Part shown: positions 1 to 9,315 of the stretch, piece after piece
Numbering within the stretch: position 1 is the first letter of the stretch
Layout: each line of letters starts with the position of its first letter
Origin: Candidatus Eiseniibacteriota bacterium
Lineage (GTDB): Bacteria > Eisenbacteria > RBG-16-71-46
Reading direction: 5' to 3'
NCBI GenBank assembly: GCA_963707915.1
Contig: OY970178.1
Span: 2,208,001-2,272,000 of the forward strand
DNA: 64,000 nucleotides
Position numbers and translations under genes: made by a program
The notes under the pieces: model-generated
Database searches by the model: none
What the model was told of the DNA's origin: nothing
The model's input: the letters and a program-made list of their open reading frames with translations, nothing else

Positions 1-922
1 CGCTCACGACGTTCACCCGGAGCCCGCGCTTCTTCATCTCGGCCACGGCGGTGGTGTCCTGGCGCGGCACCTCGACCTCGAGCTTGTGCTCGAGCTGGCG
101 GCAGGACGCCATGATCCGTGCGCGGTCGGCCTCCGAGATCTTCATCCACGCCTGCTTGGTCATGACCAGCCCGCCGACCAGGGGCGCCAGCCCCATGCCC
201 ACCAGGTTGGGCGTCATCCGGTACCACTGCAGCGTGAGCCCGAGCAGCGGCGTGGTCGGGTAGGCGTCGATCATCCCGGTCTGCAGGGCGGTCATGATGT
301 CGGTGGCCGCGAGCGGCACGGGCTGGAAGTGGAGGTCCCGCCAGAGCGCCACCATCTGGTCGTCGCCCGCCCAGACGAACATCTTGGTCTTGCGCAGCCC
401 CTCCGCCGACTCGACCGGCTGCTTGGTGAAGAAGTACACCCAGCCGCCGTGCCCCCAGGCCAGCAGCACGAAGCCCTTGGCGTCGAGCCGCTGCTTCAGC
501 ACCGGCGTCAGCTGGTCGAGCGTGGCGTAGAGCTCGGGGTAGGAGGTGAAGAACATCGGGATGTTGAAGACGTTGAACGCCGGGTCGATGTTGGCCAGCC
601 CCGCGGTGGTGACCGCCGCGGCCTGCAACTGGCCGATGCGCATCTTGCGAACCAGGTCCGGCTCGTCACCCGCCACGCCGCCCGGGTAGACGCGCAGCAC
701 GACCCGCCCCTGCGTTCCGGCGGTCCACTGGGCGCCCATGTCGCGCATCGACTTGTCCCAGACCGACCCCTCGGGCACCAGCGTGGCGAGCTTGACGACC
801 TGCGGCTGCGCCACCGCGGGCGCGGGCGCCAGCGTGGCCACGGCCAGCGCGAGCGCGGCGGCGCACAGCGCGGCCGGGACGGCGGAACGGACGGAGGATC
901 TCACCTGCGGGACATGTCCCAT
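1..922 (-). CDS. dctP: TRAP transporter substrate-binding protein DctP (TPAT-type), runs off the window start
   Basis: Manual translation from ATG at 922 (TGATG overlap with the upstream stop): signal peptide, then VVKLATLVPEGSVWDKSMRDMG...RVYPGGVAGDEPDLVRKMRIGQLQ; not in the ORF track because it is truncated. Confidence 0.9.
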   Translation of the reverse strand, partial: MGHVPQVRSSVRSAVPAALCAAALALAVATLAPAPAVAQPQVVKLATLVPEGSVWDKSMRDMGAQWTAGTQGRVVLRVYPGGVAGDEPDLVRKMRIGQLQAAAVTTAGLANIDPAFNVFNIPMFFTSYPELYATLDQLTPVLKQRLDAKGFVLLAWGHGGWVYFFTKQPVESAEGLRKTKMFVWAGDDQMVALWRDLHFQPVPLAATDIMTALQTGMIDAYPTTPLLGLTLQWYRMTPNLVGMGLAPLVGGLVMTKQAWMKISEADRARIMASCRQLEHKLEVEVPRQDTTAVAEMKKRGLRVNVVS

Positions 923-1884
923 CACTTCTCCTGGGTCGGCGTGGTGTCGGGGGGAGCGGAGTCGTCGACGAAGAGCTCGTCCTCGTGCGCGAGCAGGTCG
1001 CGCGCCTTGCGCTGCAGGACGATGGTGACCAGGCGCTGGGAGGGGTCGCGGTCCGGGTCGAACTCGAGCGAGCGATTCAGCAGGCGCTCGAACTCCTGCC
1101 GGTCCTGCCGGAGCACCGAGATGGTCGTGGCCAGCGTCACGTACGGCGAGGCCTTGGTGTCGTGCGAGAGCTCCACCGCCCGGGCGAAGTGCGCGCGCGC
1201 CCGCACCTCCGAGCCGCCCATCACCTCGGGCAGCGCGTCGAGCAGGATGAGCGCCTCGTGGATCGCGCCGCCCTCGTAGCCCTCGTCGAGCGCGAGCCCG
1301 CGCTCCATCAGGGCCCGGATCGCCGGCAGGTCGGCCAGCAGCTCCGGCCGGTCCTTGCCGAGCGAGATGGCCGAGCCCCACGAGGCCGCGGTCCAGTAGA
1401 GCATCGGCAGGTCGCGCTTCTGGATGCGCGCCGCGGCCTTCACCGGATCGAGCTGGAGCTCGGCGGAGATGCCCCGGCAGCGCTTCTCGAGTCCCCGCAG
1501 CCCGTAGCCACGGGCCCGCAGGTAGAGCTTGAGGGCGCGCTCGTGCAGGCGCGTGGCCCGGGCGTAGTCGCTGTTCACCAGCACGTCGCCTTCGGCCTGC
1601 ACGAACGCGTAGGAGTACTGCGTGAAGCCCTTGCACAGGGTGAGCAGCAGCCCTTCGTGGTCGGGCACCACCGCGAGCAGCGACTCCATGGTCTTCAGGC
1701 CGAACGGGAGCGCGTCGCGCACCAGCTCGGGGTCCTCGTCGGTGCCGTAGACGTCCACGCCGCTGGTGAGCGAGTTCGCCACGCTCTTGACCGCCCAGCG
1801 CTTGACCGAACACGAGGCGAGCGCCAGGGGCAGCGCGAGGAGCAGGAGGAACGCGAGGAACCGACGCGGTGCACGGAGGGACAT
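922..1884 (-). CDS. TRAP transporter TatT component family lipoprotein
   Basis: Lipobox LASC; 'DEDPELVRDALPFGLKTMESLL', 'LYWTAASWGSAI', 'ARAHFARAVELS'; coupled to dctP. Confidence 0.88.
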   Translation of the reverse strand: MSLRAPRRFLAFLLLLALPLALASCSVKRWAVKSVANSLTSGVDVYGTDEDPELVRDALPFGLKTMESLLAVVPDHEGLLLTLCKGFTQYSYAFVQAEGDVLVNSDYARATRLHERALKLYLRARGYGLRGLEKRCRGISAELQLDPVKAAARIQKRDLPMLYWTAASWGSAISLGKDRPELLADLPAIRALMERGLALDEGYEGGAIHEALILLDALPEVMGGSEVRARAHFARAVELSHDTKASPYVTLATTISVLRQDRQEFERLLNRSLEFDPDRDPSQRLVTIVLQRKARDLLAHEDELFVDDSAPPDTTPTQEK

Positions 1885-1890
1885 GCCCGC

Positions 1891-1920
1891 ACGCTAGCGC
1901 GGGGCCGGAGACGGGGTCAA
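1891..1920 (-). promoter_or_regulatory. sigma70-type promoter for the tatT-dctP operon, probably leaderless
   Basis: Minus strand TTGACC-N18-TAGCGT-N6-ATG. Confidence 0.6.
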
Positions 1921-1945
1921 GCGCGGGGAGTCGAGCGCCAGGCAG

Positions 1946-2016
1946 GCGGTGCCCGGAGGAGACGGTGGGCGAGCGCATGGTGCCTCGGCTCGTCCACCGT
2001 CTCCTCCGGGCACCGC
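1946..2016. repeat. Long inverted repeat (29-bp arms, 28/29 match, 13-nt loop)
   Basis: gcggtgcccggaggagacggtgggcgagc (1946-1974) vs gctcgtccaccgtctcctccgggcaccgc (1988-2016). Confidence 0.9.
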
Positions 2017-2093
2017 AGCCGCACGCACCCGGCGGACCCGGTGCGCGGAGCCCCGACCGGCGGCATCGTCGCCGCGCGGCAGGGCGAGTCCCA

Positions 2094-2519
2094 TCACCGC
2101 GGCAGCGTCCCCATCGCCAGGCGCGCCAGCCACAGCACGGCGAGCGCGGCGGCGTTCGCGGCGAGCACGCGCGGGATCCAGCGGTCGGGGCGCGTGCGCA
2201 GGCGGCCCGCGAGCCAGGCCGCCCACAGCGCCCACGCCCCCAGCAGTTGAAGCACCAGCGCCGCCGCCCACGGGTGTAGCGCCAGCGAATCCCTCCACGT
2301 GCCGCGCGCGAGCAGCGCCAGCGCGCGGGTGACGCCGCAGGTCGGGCACGCGATCCCGCCCCCGCGCCGCAAGGCACACAGCGGCCCGCCGGTGCCGGCG
2401 CTCGAAGCGGCGAGGGCCGCCCAGCCGAGCGCCAGCACCGCGCCCGCCACGAGCCACGACAGCCACGCGCCGCGCCGGCTCCCGACCAGCGCGAGCGCGT
2501 GATCCGGCGCGAGGCTCAC
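2094..2519 (-). CDS. DUF2752-like small membrane protein (CxxCG), currently fused in frame to the upstream gene
   Basis: 'PLCALRRGGGIACPTCGVTRA...SLALHP'; candidate GTG start at 2519. Confidence 0.7.
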   Translation of the reverse strand: MSLAPDHALALVGSRRGAWLSWLVAGAVLALGWAALAASSAGTGGPLCALRRGGGIACPTCGVTRALALLARGTWRDSLALHPWAAALVLQLLGAWALWAAWLAGRLRTRPDRWIPRVLAANAAALAVLWLARLAMGTLPR

Positions 2520-3509
2520 GCGGGTGTCCCCGGACCCGGCGTCGCCGGCGGCACCGGTGTCCCCGGCGGCAGCGGGCGACGGTCCCGGCGGCGCGGAGGC
2601 GAAGACCTGGAAGTCGGGGCCGAACTGCCCGAGGAACTCGGGCCCGAACGCCCGGAACGCCACGTGCAACGGCAGCAGGACCACCTGGCCGATGTACGGC
2701 GTCACGACCAGCAGGAAACCGACGCAGCAGGTCGCGAACCCCGCGGCCACCACCACCGCGCCGACCACGACGAAGAGCACCAGCACCAGCAGCGCGTAGA
2801 GCACGAACCGCCCTAGGTGCTCGCGCAGGAGCGGCAGGAAGCGCCGCCAGGCCTCGTTCGTCCGAAGTCCGTGCCGGTACATGAGCGGCACCACGAAGTC
2901 GTCGAGCAGCAGTCCCACGAACGCAGCCAGCAACGCCACGAAGCCCACCAGCGCGATGCCGCCGACGATCGGCGGCGCCATGGCCACGCGCTCGTGGAAG
3001 CCGAGCCAGCCGAGGAACGCGGTGCCGATGGTCGCGAAGATCAGCCCGAGGATCAGCACGCCCGACACGATCGCGAAGCCGAGCTTCCACAGGAAGAGCG
3101 AATTCCCGAGCGGCGCGGTGCGGTGCCAGGGCTCGACGATCGCGGCGCGCCCGAGGGCCACGCCCTCGAGGAAGACGAACTTGCCGCGCGAGCCCAGCCA
3201 CAGGAAGACGACGCCGACCGCGAGGGCCAGGACGATGATTCCCGCCAGCAGCGGTCCCCAGACCAGCGCCGGCAGAAGATCGTGCGGGTGGAACCCCGGG
3301 ATCGAGGGCGTGGGGAAGTGGCCGCCGGGGAAGTACCCGAGCCGCGACTTCCGCTCCCACCCCGAGTGCCCCCAACCGCCGGAGAACCAGTCCGAGAGGA
3401 AGGCGGCGAAGCCCAGCACGAGCCAGGTCTCGAACCGGAACGGCGTGAACAGGATGCTTCGGGCGCGCGCGATGGCGCTCTGCAATGGACCGAGGTAGGA
3501 GATGTTCAA
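2516..3509 (-). CDS. Multi-pass membrane protein of unknown function; apparent 1-nt frameshift near 2575 fuses it to the DUF2752-like gene (ORF 2094-3509)
   Basis: Several hydrophobic helices, 'WLVLGFAAFL', 'WLGSRGKFVFLE', 'DDFVVPLMY'; alternate-frame Pro-rich tail ends in TGA at 2516-2518. Confidence 0.7.
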
Positions 3510-3791
3510 TGGCGGCCTCCCGCGCCGCGCGGGCGCGCTGGGTGTCCCGGGATGCCGCGGGCGCTCCGGCGGGGAGCGGCGCGAGGGTGCGGAGGCCGGC
3601 GGCGTGGCTCACGGACCACAGTTCGTGCCAGTCCGTGGCAACACCATATCAAAGGAGCGCCTCCGGCACCCGCCCCAAGACGCCCGTCAGCGATTCGGTG
3701 TCAGGCAACGATGGTAGGCCCGACGCCGTGACGGTCAGCCGTAGATCCGGGCTGCAGAGACTCTTCGATGGCCGTGCGGCGCACCGCCGCG

Positions 3792-4883
3792 TCAGTGCAG
3801 CCGCTTCCGGCGGTTCCGCACGAAGTCGCGGAACACGTAGGCGCCGAGGTTCTGCGGGTCGGCCTCGTAGATGCGGCCATGGTTCAATTCCGTCAGGCGG
3901 CGCACGAAGTCGAGCAGCGGCGGGTCGGCCGCGAGCATGAAGGTCGTGATGGTGATGCGCTTGCGGCGGCAGTGCGCCGCCTCGTCGAGCGTGCGGTTCA
4001 CGATCTTGGGGTCGAGGCCAAAGGGGTTCTTGTAGAGCCCGCCCGGCTCGCGGATGGCCGAGGGTTTGCCGTCGGTGACCATGAAGATCTGCTTGTTCAC
4101 GCCCCGGCGGCCCTCGAGGATGCGCCGGGCCAGCGCGAGCCCGGCCTGCGTGTTGGTGTGGAACGGCCCGGCCTGGATCTTGAGCAGGTCGCGGATCGGC
4201 ACCTGCACGGCGTCGTCGCCGAACAGCACGACGTCGAGCGAGTCCTTGGGGTAGCGCGTCTCGATCAGGTGGGCCAGCGCCAGCGCGATCTTCTTCGCCG
4301 GCGTGATGCGGTCCTCGCCGTAGAGGATCATGCTGTGGCTCACGTCCACCATCAGCACGGTGGCGGCCGACGAGAGGTGCTCCTGCTCGTAGACCTCGAG
4401 GTCCTCCTCCTCGAGCCTCAGCTCGTCGATGCCGCGGTTGCGGACGGCGTTGCTCAGCGTGGCGAGCGGATCGAGGCTGCCGAGGTCGTCGCCGAACCGC
4501 CAGGGCCGGGTCTCCGAGAGGCGCTCGCCGCCGTGGCCGGCGACCGGCGTGCGGTGGTCCCCCGCCCCGCCGGCCTGCAGCGCCGAGAAGATCTCGTTGA
4601 GCGAATCCTGGCGGATGCGCTTCTCGCCCTGCGGCGTGACCTCGAAGCCCTCCTCCGTGCGCCGGGCCTCGCCCGACTCCTCGAGCAGCTTCTTGAAGTC
4701 GTCGAGCCCGAACTTCTCGTTGAAGAAGCCGTACTGCTCGCCGAAGTGCGCCATCCAGCGCAGCGCCTCGTCCACGTCACCGCCGGTCTGGAGCAGCAGG
4801 TTCCGGTAGATCTCCAGCATCTGCCGGATGAACTCGAGATCCCCGGGCCTCGGGCCCCGCCACTGCTTGTAGTCGAAGCGCAC
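3792..4883 (-). CDS. vWA domain protein, partner of the chelatase-like AAA+ ATPase
   Basis: MIDAS 'VDVSHSM', 'TNTQAGL', 'MVTDGKPS'. Confidence 0.9.
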   Translation of the reverse strand: MRFDYKQWRGPRPGDLEFIRQMLEIYRNLLLQTGGDVDEALRWMAHFGEQYGFFNEKFGLDDFKKLLEESGEARRTEEGFEVTPQGEKRIRQDSLNEIFSALQAGGAGDHRTPVAGHGGERLSETRPWRFGDDLGSLDPLATLSNAVRNRGIDELRLEEEDLEVYEQEHLSSAATVLMVDVSHSMILYGEDRITPAKKIALALAHLIETRYPKDSLDVVLFGDDAVQVPIRDLLKIQAGPFHTNTQAGLALARRILEGRRGVNKQIFMVTDGKPSAIREPGGLYKNPFGLDPKIVNRTLDEAAHCRRKRITITTFMLAADPPLLDFVRRLTELNHGRIYEADPQNLGAYVFRDFVRNRRKRLH

Positions 4884-4901
4884 CGCCGCCCCTCCCGCCG
4901 C

Positions 4902-5537
4902 CTAGCCGTCGCGGCGCGCGATGAGCACCGCGTAGCCGGGATTGCCGTCGCGGGGCTCGGAGCCTTCGGCCTCGATCGACAGCCCGGCTTCGGCGAACCA
5001 GCGGCGGTAGGTCGCCACGTCCGCCTGGCTGTAGTACATGCGCACGCCCGGCACGCCGCGCCAGTCCTTCTCGACCCCGGTCCACGGCTGCTTGCCGACC
5101 ATGGCGAGGAACCGCCCGCCGGGCGCGAGCCAGCCCGCCACGCGCGCGATCAGCGGGGACTGGTCGGCCAGGGGCAGGTTGAAGATGGAGTAGAACGCGA
5201 CCACCGCGTCGAAGGAGCCCGACGGGAACTCGACGGCGGTCATGTCGGCGCAGACGAAATCCGCCTCGGGCACCAGCCGGCAGGCGCGCGCGATCTGCAC
5301 GCCCGAGAGGTCCACGCCGGTCACGGCGAAGCGCTTCGCCAGCTCCCGCGCCACCGGCACGCCGTTGCCGCAGCCCAGGTCGAGCACGCGCGCTCCGTCG
5401 GCCAGCGCGGGCGTGAAGCGGCCGAGCCAGTAGCCGTAGCCCGTGCCCGCGAGGTCGAAGGTGTCGCCGCGGTAGGCGTGGGACGCCAGGTCGTAGCCCA
5501 CGCGCACCAGCTCGCGCGGGTCGCGGATGTGGTCCAT
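4902..5537 (-). CDS. Class I SAM-dependent methyltransferase
   Basis: 'VLDLGCGNG', 'GVDLS', 'FDAVVAFYS', 'LAPGGRFL'; start taken at MDHIRD. Confidence 0.88.
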   Translation of the reverse strand: MDHIRDPRELVRVGYDLASHAYRGDTFDLAGTGYGYWLGRFTPALADGARVLDLGCGNGVPVARELAKRFAVTGVDLSGVQIARACRLVPEADFVCADMTAVEFPSGSFDAVVAFYSIFNLPLADQSPLIARVAGWLAPGGRFLAMVGKQPWTGVEKDWRGVPGVRMYYSQADVATYRRWFAEAGLSIEAEGSEPRDGNPGYAVLIARRDG

Positions 5538-5604
5538 CGGCCGTTCGGGGGTGCCCGCGCGGTGCGGGGGTCCGGGCCGGTCCGCCAGGTGTCTCGCCAC
5601 CGGC

Positions 5605-7104
5605 TCAGTCCTCGCCGATCCCGCTGAGCATGGACTTGAGCATGTCCTTGTAGGACGTGCGCGCGTCGTCGCTGCGCTCGCGCGAGAGCATGGAGTTCTG
5701 GTGCAGCCCCTCGAGCACGAACTCCATCGCCACCGCGGCCTCGCCGGCATCCTTCGGCTCGAGGTACCGGTCCGCCAGCGCCGCCAGCCCGTTCACGCCG
5801 GCCAGCTGGCTGGCGTACTCGGCCTGCGGCATGTCGTCCGCGATCGCGACGCCGTGCCCGGCGGTGAACCACTCGAGCACCGTGCGGTACTCGGACGGCA
5901 CCGGCTCGGGCGGCGGCATCCCGGCGGTGCGGCGCGCCCGCTTCGGCTTGAACGCATCGGGGAAGCGCTGGGAGAAGAGCGACTTGATGCCGCGACCGAG
6001 CAGCGCGCGGGCCACGTTCAGTGCCCCCTCCTGCTCGCCCTCGAGCACCAGCTCGACCTTGCCGCTCACCGCGGAGACCGCCTGCTGCAGGTCGCACACC
6101 CGCGCGACCACGCGCGGCTCGCCGGTGACCAGGCCGCGGCGCTCGGCGTTCGAGACCAGGTTCTCCATCAGCGCGATCGGGAGCCGCGCGGACACCCCCG
6201 AGTTCTGGTCCACGTACTCGCTGTGGCGCGCCTGGATGGCGACCTCCTCCACCAGCTCGCGCAGGAAACCGGGCACCGCGACATCGACGGCACCGCCGCG
6301 CTCGGTCCAGGACTCCTGCGCCGTGATGGCCATGCCGTCCTCGCGGGCCAGCGGGTAGTGGGTGATGATCTGCGAGCTGATGCGGTCCCGCAGCGGCGTG
6401 ATGATGTTCCCGCGGTTGGTGTAGTCCTCGGGGTTGGCCGAGAACACCACCAGCAGGTCGAGCGGCATGCGCACCGGGAAACCGCGGATCTGGAAGTCCT
6501 TCTCCTCGAGGATGTTCAGCAGCCCGACCTGGATCCGCGGCTGCAGGTCGGGCAACTCGTTGATGGCGAAGATGCCGCGGTTGGTGCGCGGGATGATGCC
6601 GTAGTGGATGACGCGCTCGTCCGAGTAGTCGAGCTTGAGCGTCGCCGCCTTGATCGGGTCGATGTCGCCGATCAGGTCCGCGATGGTGACGTCGGGCGTG
6701 GCCAGCTTCTCCTGGTAGCGCTGCTCGCGGCCGAGCCACACCAGCGGCGTCTCGTCGCCCAGCGTCCCGACCAGCTGGCGCGCGTGGCGGGTGACCGGGT
6801 CGAAGGGGTCGCTGTTGAGCGGGCAGCCCTCGACCGCCGGGATCCACTCGTCGAGGAAGCGTGCGAGGGAGCGCAGCAGCCGGGTCTTGGCCTGGCCGCG
6901 CAGGCCGAGCAGGATGAAGTCGTGGCGCGAGAGCAGGGCGTTCACGATCTGCGGCTCGACCGTGCGCTCGTAGCCGACGATGCCGGGGAACAGCCGCTCG
7001 CCCGAGCGGACCGCGGCGATGAGGTTCGCGCGCAACTCCTCGCGGACCGGCCGGGGCCGGTAGCCGGAGGCCTTGAGCGCTCCGAAGGTGCGGGGACGGG
7101 TCAT
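5605..7104 (-). CDS. Magnesium chelatase-like / MoxR-related AAA+ ATPase
   Basis: Walker A variant GLRGQAKT, 'RYQEKLATPD', Walker B variant 'IFAINELPDL', 'SANPEDYTNRG'; start MTRPRT with upstream AGGAG. Confidence 0.9.
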   Translation of the reverse strand: MTRPRTFGALKASGYRPRPVREELRANLIAAVRSGERLFPGIVGYERTVEPQIVNALLSRHDFILLGLRGQAKTRLLRSLARFLDEWIPAVEGCPLNSDPFDPVTRHARQLVGTLGDETPLVWLGREQRYQEKLATPDVTIADLIGDIDPIKAATLKLDYSDERVIHYGIIPRTNRGIFAINELPDLQPRIQVGLLNILEEKDFQIRGFPVRMPLDLLVVFSANPEDYTNRGNIITPLRDRISSQIITHYPLAREDGMAITAQESWTERGGAVDVAVPGFLRELVEEVAIQARHSEYVDQNSGVSARLPIALMENLVSNAERRGLVTGEPRVVARVCDLQQAVSAVSGKVELVLEGEQEGALNVARALLGRGIKSLFSQRFPDAFKPKRARRTAGMPPPEPVPSEYRTVLEWFTAGHGVAIADDMPQAEYASQLAGVNGLAALADRYLEPKDAGEAAVAMEFVLEGLHQNSMLSRERSDDARTSYKDMLKSMLSGIGED

Positions 7105-7370
7105 CGAATGGCTTCTCCTGGAGTGCCGCGGAGCCACGGCCCGGCGACGATGCGATCGTGCGACGAGCCCGGAGATCCGCGCCAGCGGCGCGCTCGCGCA
7201 AGGTCCCCGGGGCTGCGCACTTGGATGCCCGGGCCGGGGCGGGGATTCCGACGCCCGGATTAGAGTCGGTCCGGCGCCCATCCGCAAGCGGAGGCGCCCG
7301 CTCGAACCTTCCGACCGTTGCCACCCCGCGTCGGGCTCGTTCGTCAGCGCGCTGCGCTATGCTGACGGCC

Positions 7371-8519
7371 ATGCGTGACCCCGCCCTGCTCGAGGAATGC
7401 CGCGCCCTGCGGCGCGCGGTCGAGCCCTACCCGACCCTCGCGGCGCTCCGCGGCGCGCCGGAGTGGACGGAACTCGGCCCGCGCCTGCAGCGCCTGCTCG
7501 GCACGCCCCGTTTCACGCCGGCGCCCGCGGACCCGCCGCCGCCGTCCGATCCCGCGCGGGTGCGGGCCGTGCACTGGAACATCGAGCACGGCAACGAGTA
7601 CGAGCAGGTCGAGCGGGCGCTGCTCACGCACGGCGCGCTGCGCGGCGCGGACCTCGTCCTGCTCAACGAGGTGGACCTCGGCATGGCGCGCGCCGGCAAC
7701 CGGGACGTCGCCGCGGACCTCGCGCGCGCGCTCGGGCTGCACGGCGTCTTCGCCCCGCTGTTCCTCGAACTGACGCCGGGGCGCGACGACGACCTGCGCT
7801 TCGCGGCGCGGCGCGAGAACCAGGAGAGCCTGTTCGGCGTCGCCATCCTCTCGCGCTGGCCCGTCTCCGCGGTGCGCGTCGTGGAACTGCCCAGCCCCGA
7901 GCGCGTCCAGTTCGAGGTCGAGCGCATGGTCGGACGCCACGTCGGACTCGTGGCCACGATCGAGCGGCCGGGGGCGCCGTTCGTCGCGGTCGCGGCCCAC
8001 CTCGAGGTCCACCGCACGCGCGGCCACCGCGCGGCCCAGGTGCGCGTGCTCGCGGGCGCCCTGGGCGGCGAGCGGCGCGCCGTGATCCTCGCGGGCGACT
8101 TCAACTCCCACACCTTCGACCGCGGACGGTGGCACACGCCGCTGGCCGGCGCGCTGGCCCTGCTGCTGACGCCGGGCGGGGCGCTCGAGCGCCGGTTGCT
8201 GCATCCCGACGAGGGCCCGGCGCGCGAGCCGCTCTTCGACGAGCTGCGCGGCGCGGGCTTCGCGTGGACGCCGTTCACGGACCGCGAGCCCACGCTGTGC
8301 CTGCGCTTCGACCGGCTGGAGGAACTGCGCGCGCTCTTCGGCCCGGCGCACGGCCTGGCGCGCCGGATCTTCGCCCGCGCCGAGCGACGCGCGCGCCTGC
8401 GGCTCGACTGGTTCGCGGGCCGCGGCTGGAGCGGCGGGCGCGGGGCCACCGTGCCCGGACTCGACGGTCCCGGGCGGGCGAGCGACCACGCGCCGCTGGT
8501 GGCGGAGTTCAGGGAGTAG
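7371..8519 (+). CDS. Endonuclease/exonuclease/phosphatase (EEP) family protein
   Basis: 'HWNIEHG', 'LNEVDLGM', 'AGDFN', 'SDHAP'. Confidence 0.88.
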   Translation: MRDPALLEECRALRRAVEPYPTLAALRGAPEWTELGPRLQRLLGTPRFTPAPADPPPPSDPARVRAVHWNIEHGNEYEQVERALLTHGALRGADLVLLNEVDLGMARAGNRDVAADLARALGLHGVFAPLFLELTPGRDDDLRFAARRENQESLFGVAILSRWPVSAVRVVELPSPERVQFEVERMVGRHVGLVATIERPGAPFVAVAAHLEVHRTRGHRAAQVRVLAGALGGERRAVILAGDFNSHTFDRGRWHTPLAGALALLLTPGGALERRLLHPDEGPAREPLFDELRGAGFAWTPFTDREPTLCLRFDRLEELRALFGPAHGLARRIFARAERRARLRLDWFAGRGWSGGRGATVPGLDGPGRASDHAPLVAEFRE

Positions 8520-9315
8520 CCGGGGCGGCGCCGGGACGCCGCCCCGACGAGGTCCGGCGCGGCAGGCCGAGATCCGTGACCTGGGCGAGCTGCTCCTCGG
8601 TGAGCACCGGTCCCTCGACGCAGAGCCGGAGGCCGGAACCGTCCATGCAGCACTGTCCGCAGATCCCGAATCCGCACTTCATGGTGCGCTCGAAGCTCAG
8701 CTGGACCGGGATCCCGCCGTGGCGCAGCGCCAGCTCGCGCACGACGACGAGCATGGCCTCCGGTCCGCTGCCGTAGATCGTCGTCGGCCGGCCGCGTCCG
8801 AGCGCCCGCTCGAGCGCCCGCGTCACCGTTCCGCGCTCGCCCACGCTGCCGTCGTCGCTGCAGAGGAGCGCCGTGCCGGTCAGCTCGGGGGCGAAGACGA
8901 GGTCCGCGGCACACCGCACGCCGACCAGGAAGCGGAAGGGCAGGCCCGCCGCCTCGAGCGCGTGGGCGAGGAACCGCAGCGGCGCGACGCCGATCCCGCC
9001 CGCGACGAGGACCCCGCCGGGACGCAGCACGAAGCCCCGGCCGAAGGGCCCCCGCACCCCGATGCGGTCGCCGGCCCCGGCCTCCACCAGTCTTCGCGAG
9101 AACGGCCCCACCGCCTTGATCGTGAACTCGAAGCGGCCGTCGCGGATGTCGGAGAGCGAGAGCGGCTTCTCGTCCACGCCGGGCAACCACAGGTTCACGA
9201 ACTGCCCCGGGTGCACCGGGAACAGCTCGTCGGTGTACAGGCTCGCGAGGCCGGGCCCGTGGCGCCTGACCTCGAGCACGCGGCAGGTGCGCACGCGGGC
9301 GGGATCATGCGTCAT
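8509..9315 (-). CDS. pyrK: Dihydroorotate dehydrogenase electron transfer subunit
   Basis: 'PGQFVNLW', 'GPFGRGF', 'GGIGVAP', 2Fe-2S 'CGFGICGQC...CVEGPV'. Confidence 0.92.
   Translation of the reverse strand: MTHDPARVRTCRVLEVRRHGPGLASLYTDELFPVHPGQFVNLWLPGVDEKPLSLSDIRDGRFEFTIKAVGPFSRRLVEAGAGDRIGVRGPFGRGFVLRPGGVLVAGGIGVAPLRFLAHALEAAGLPFRFLVGVRCAADLVFAPELTGTALLCSDDGSVGERGTVTRALERALGRGRPTTIYGSGPEAMLVVVRELALRHGGIPVQLSFERTMKCGFGICGQCCMDGSGLRLCVEGPVLTEEQLAQVTDLGLPRRTSSGRRPGAAPATP

Noticed and set aside
3620..3640. TGGCAC on the minus strand as a sigma54 promoter
   Set aside because: The -12 element reads GTGG rather than TTGC
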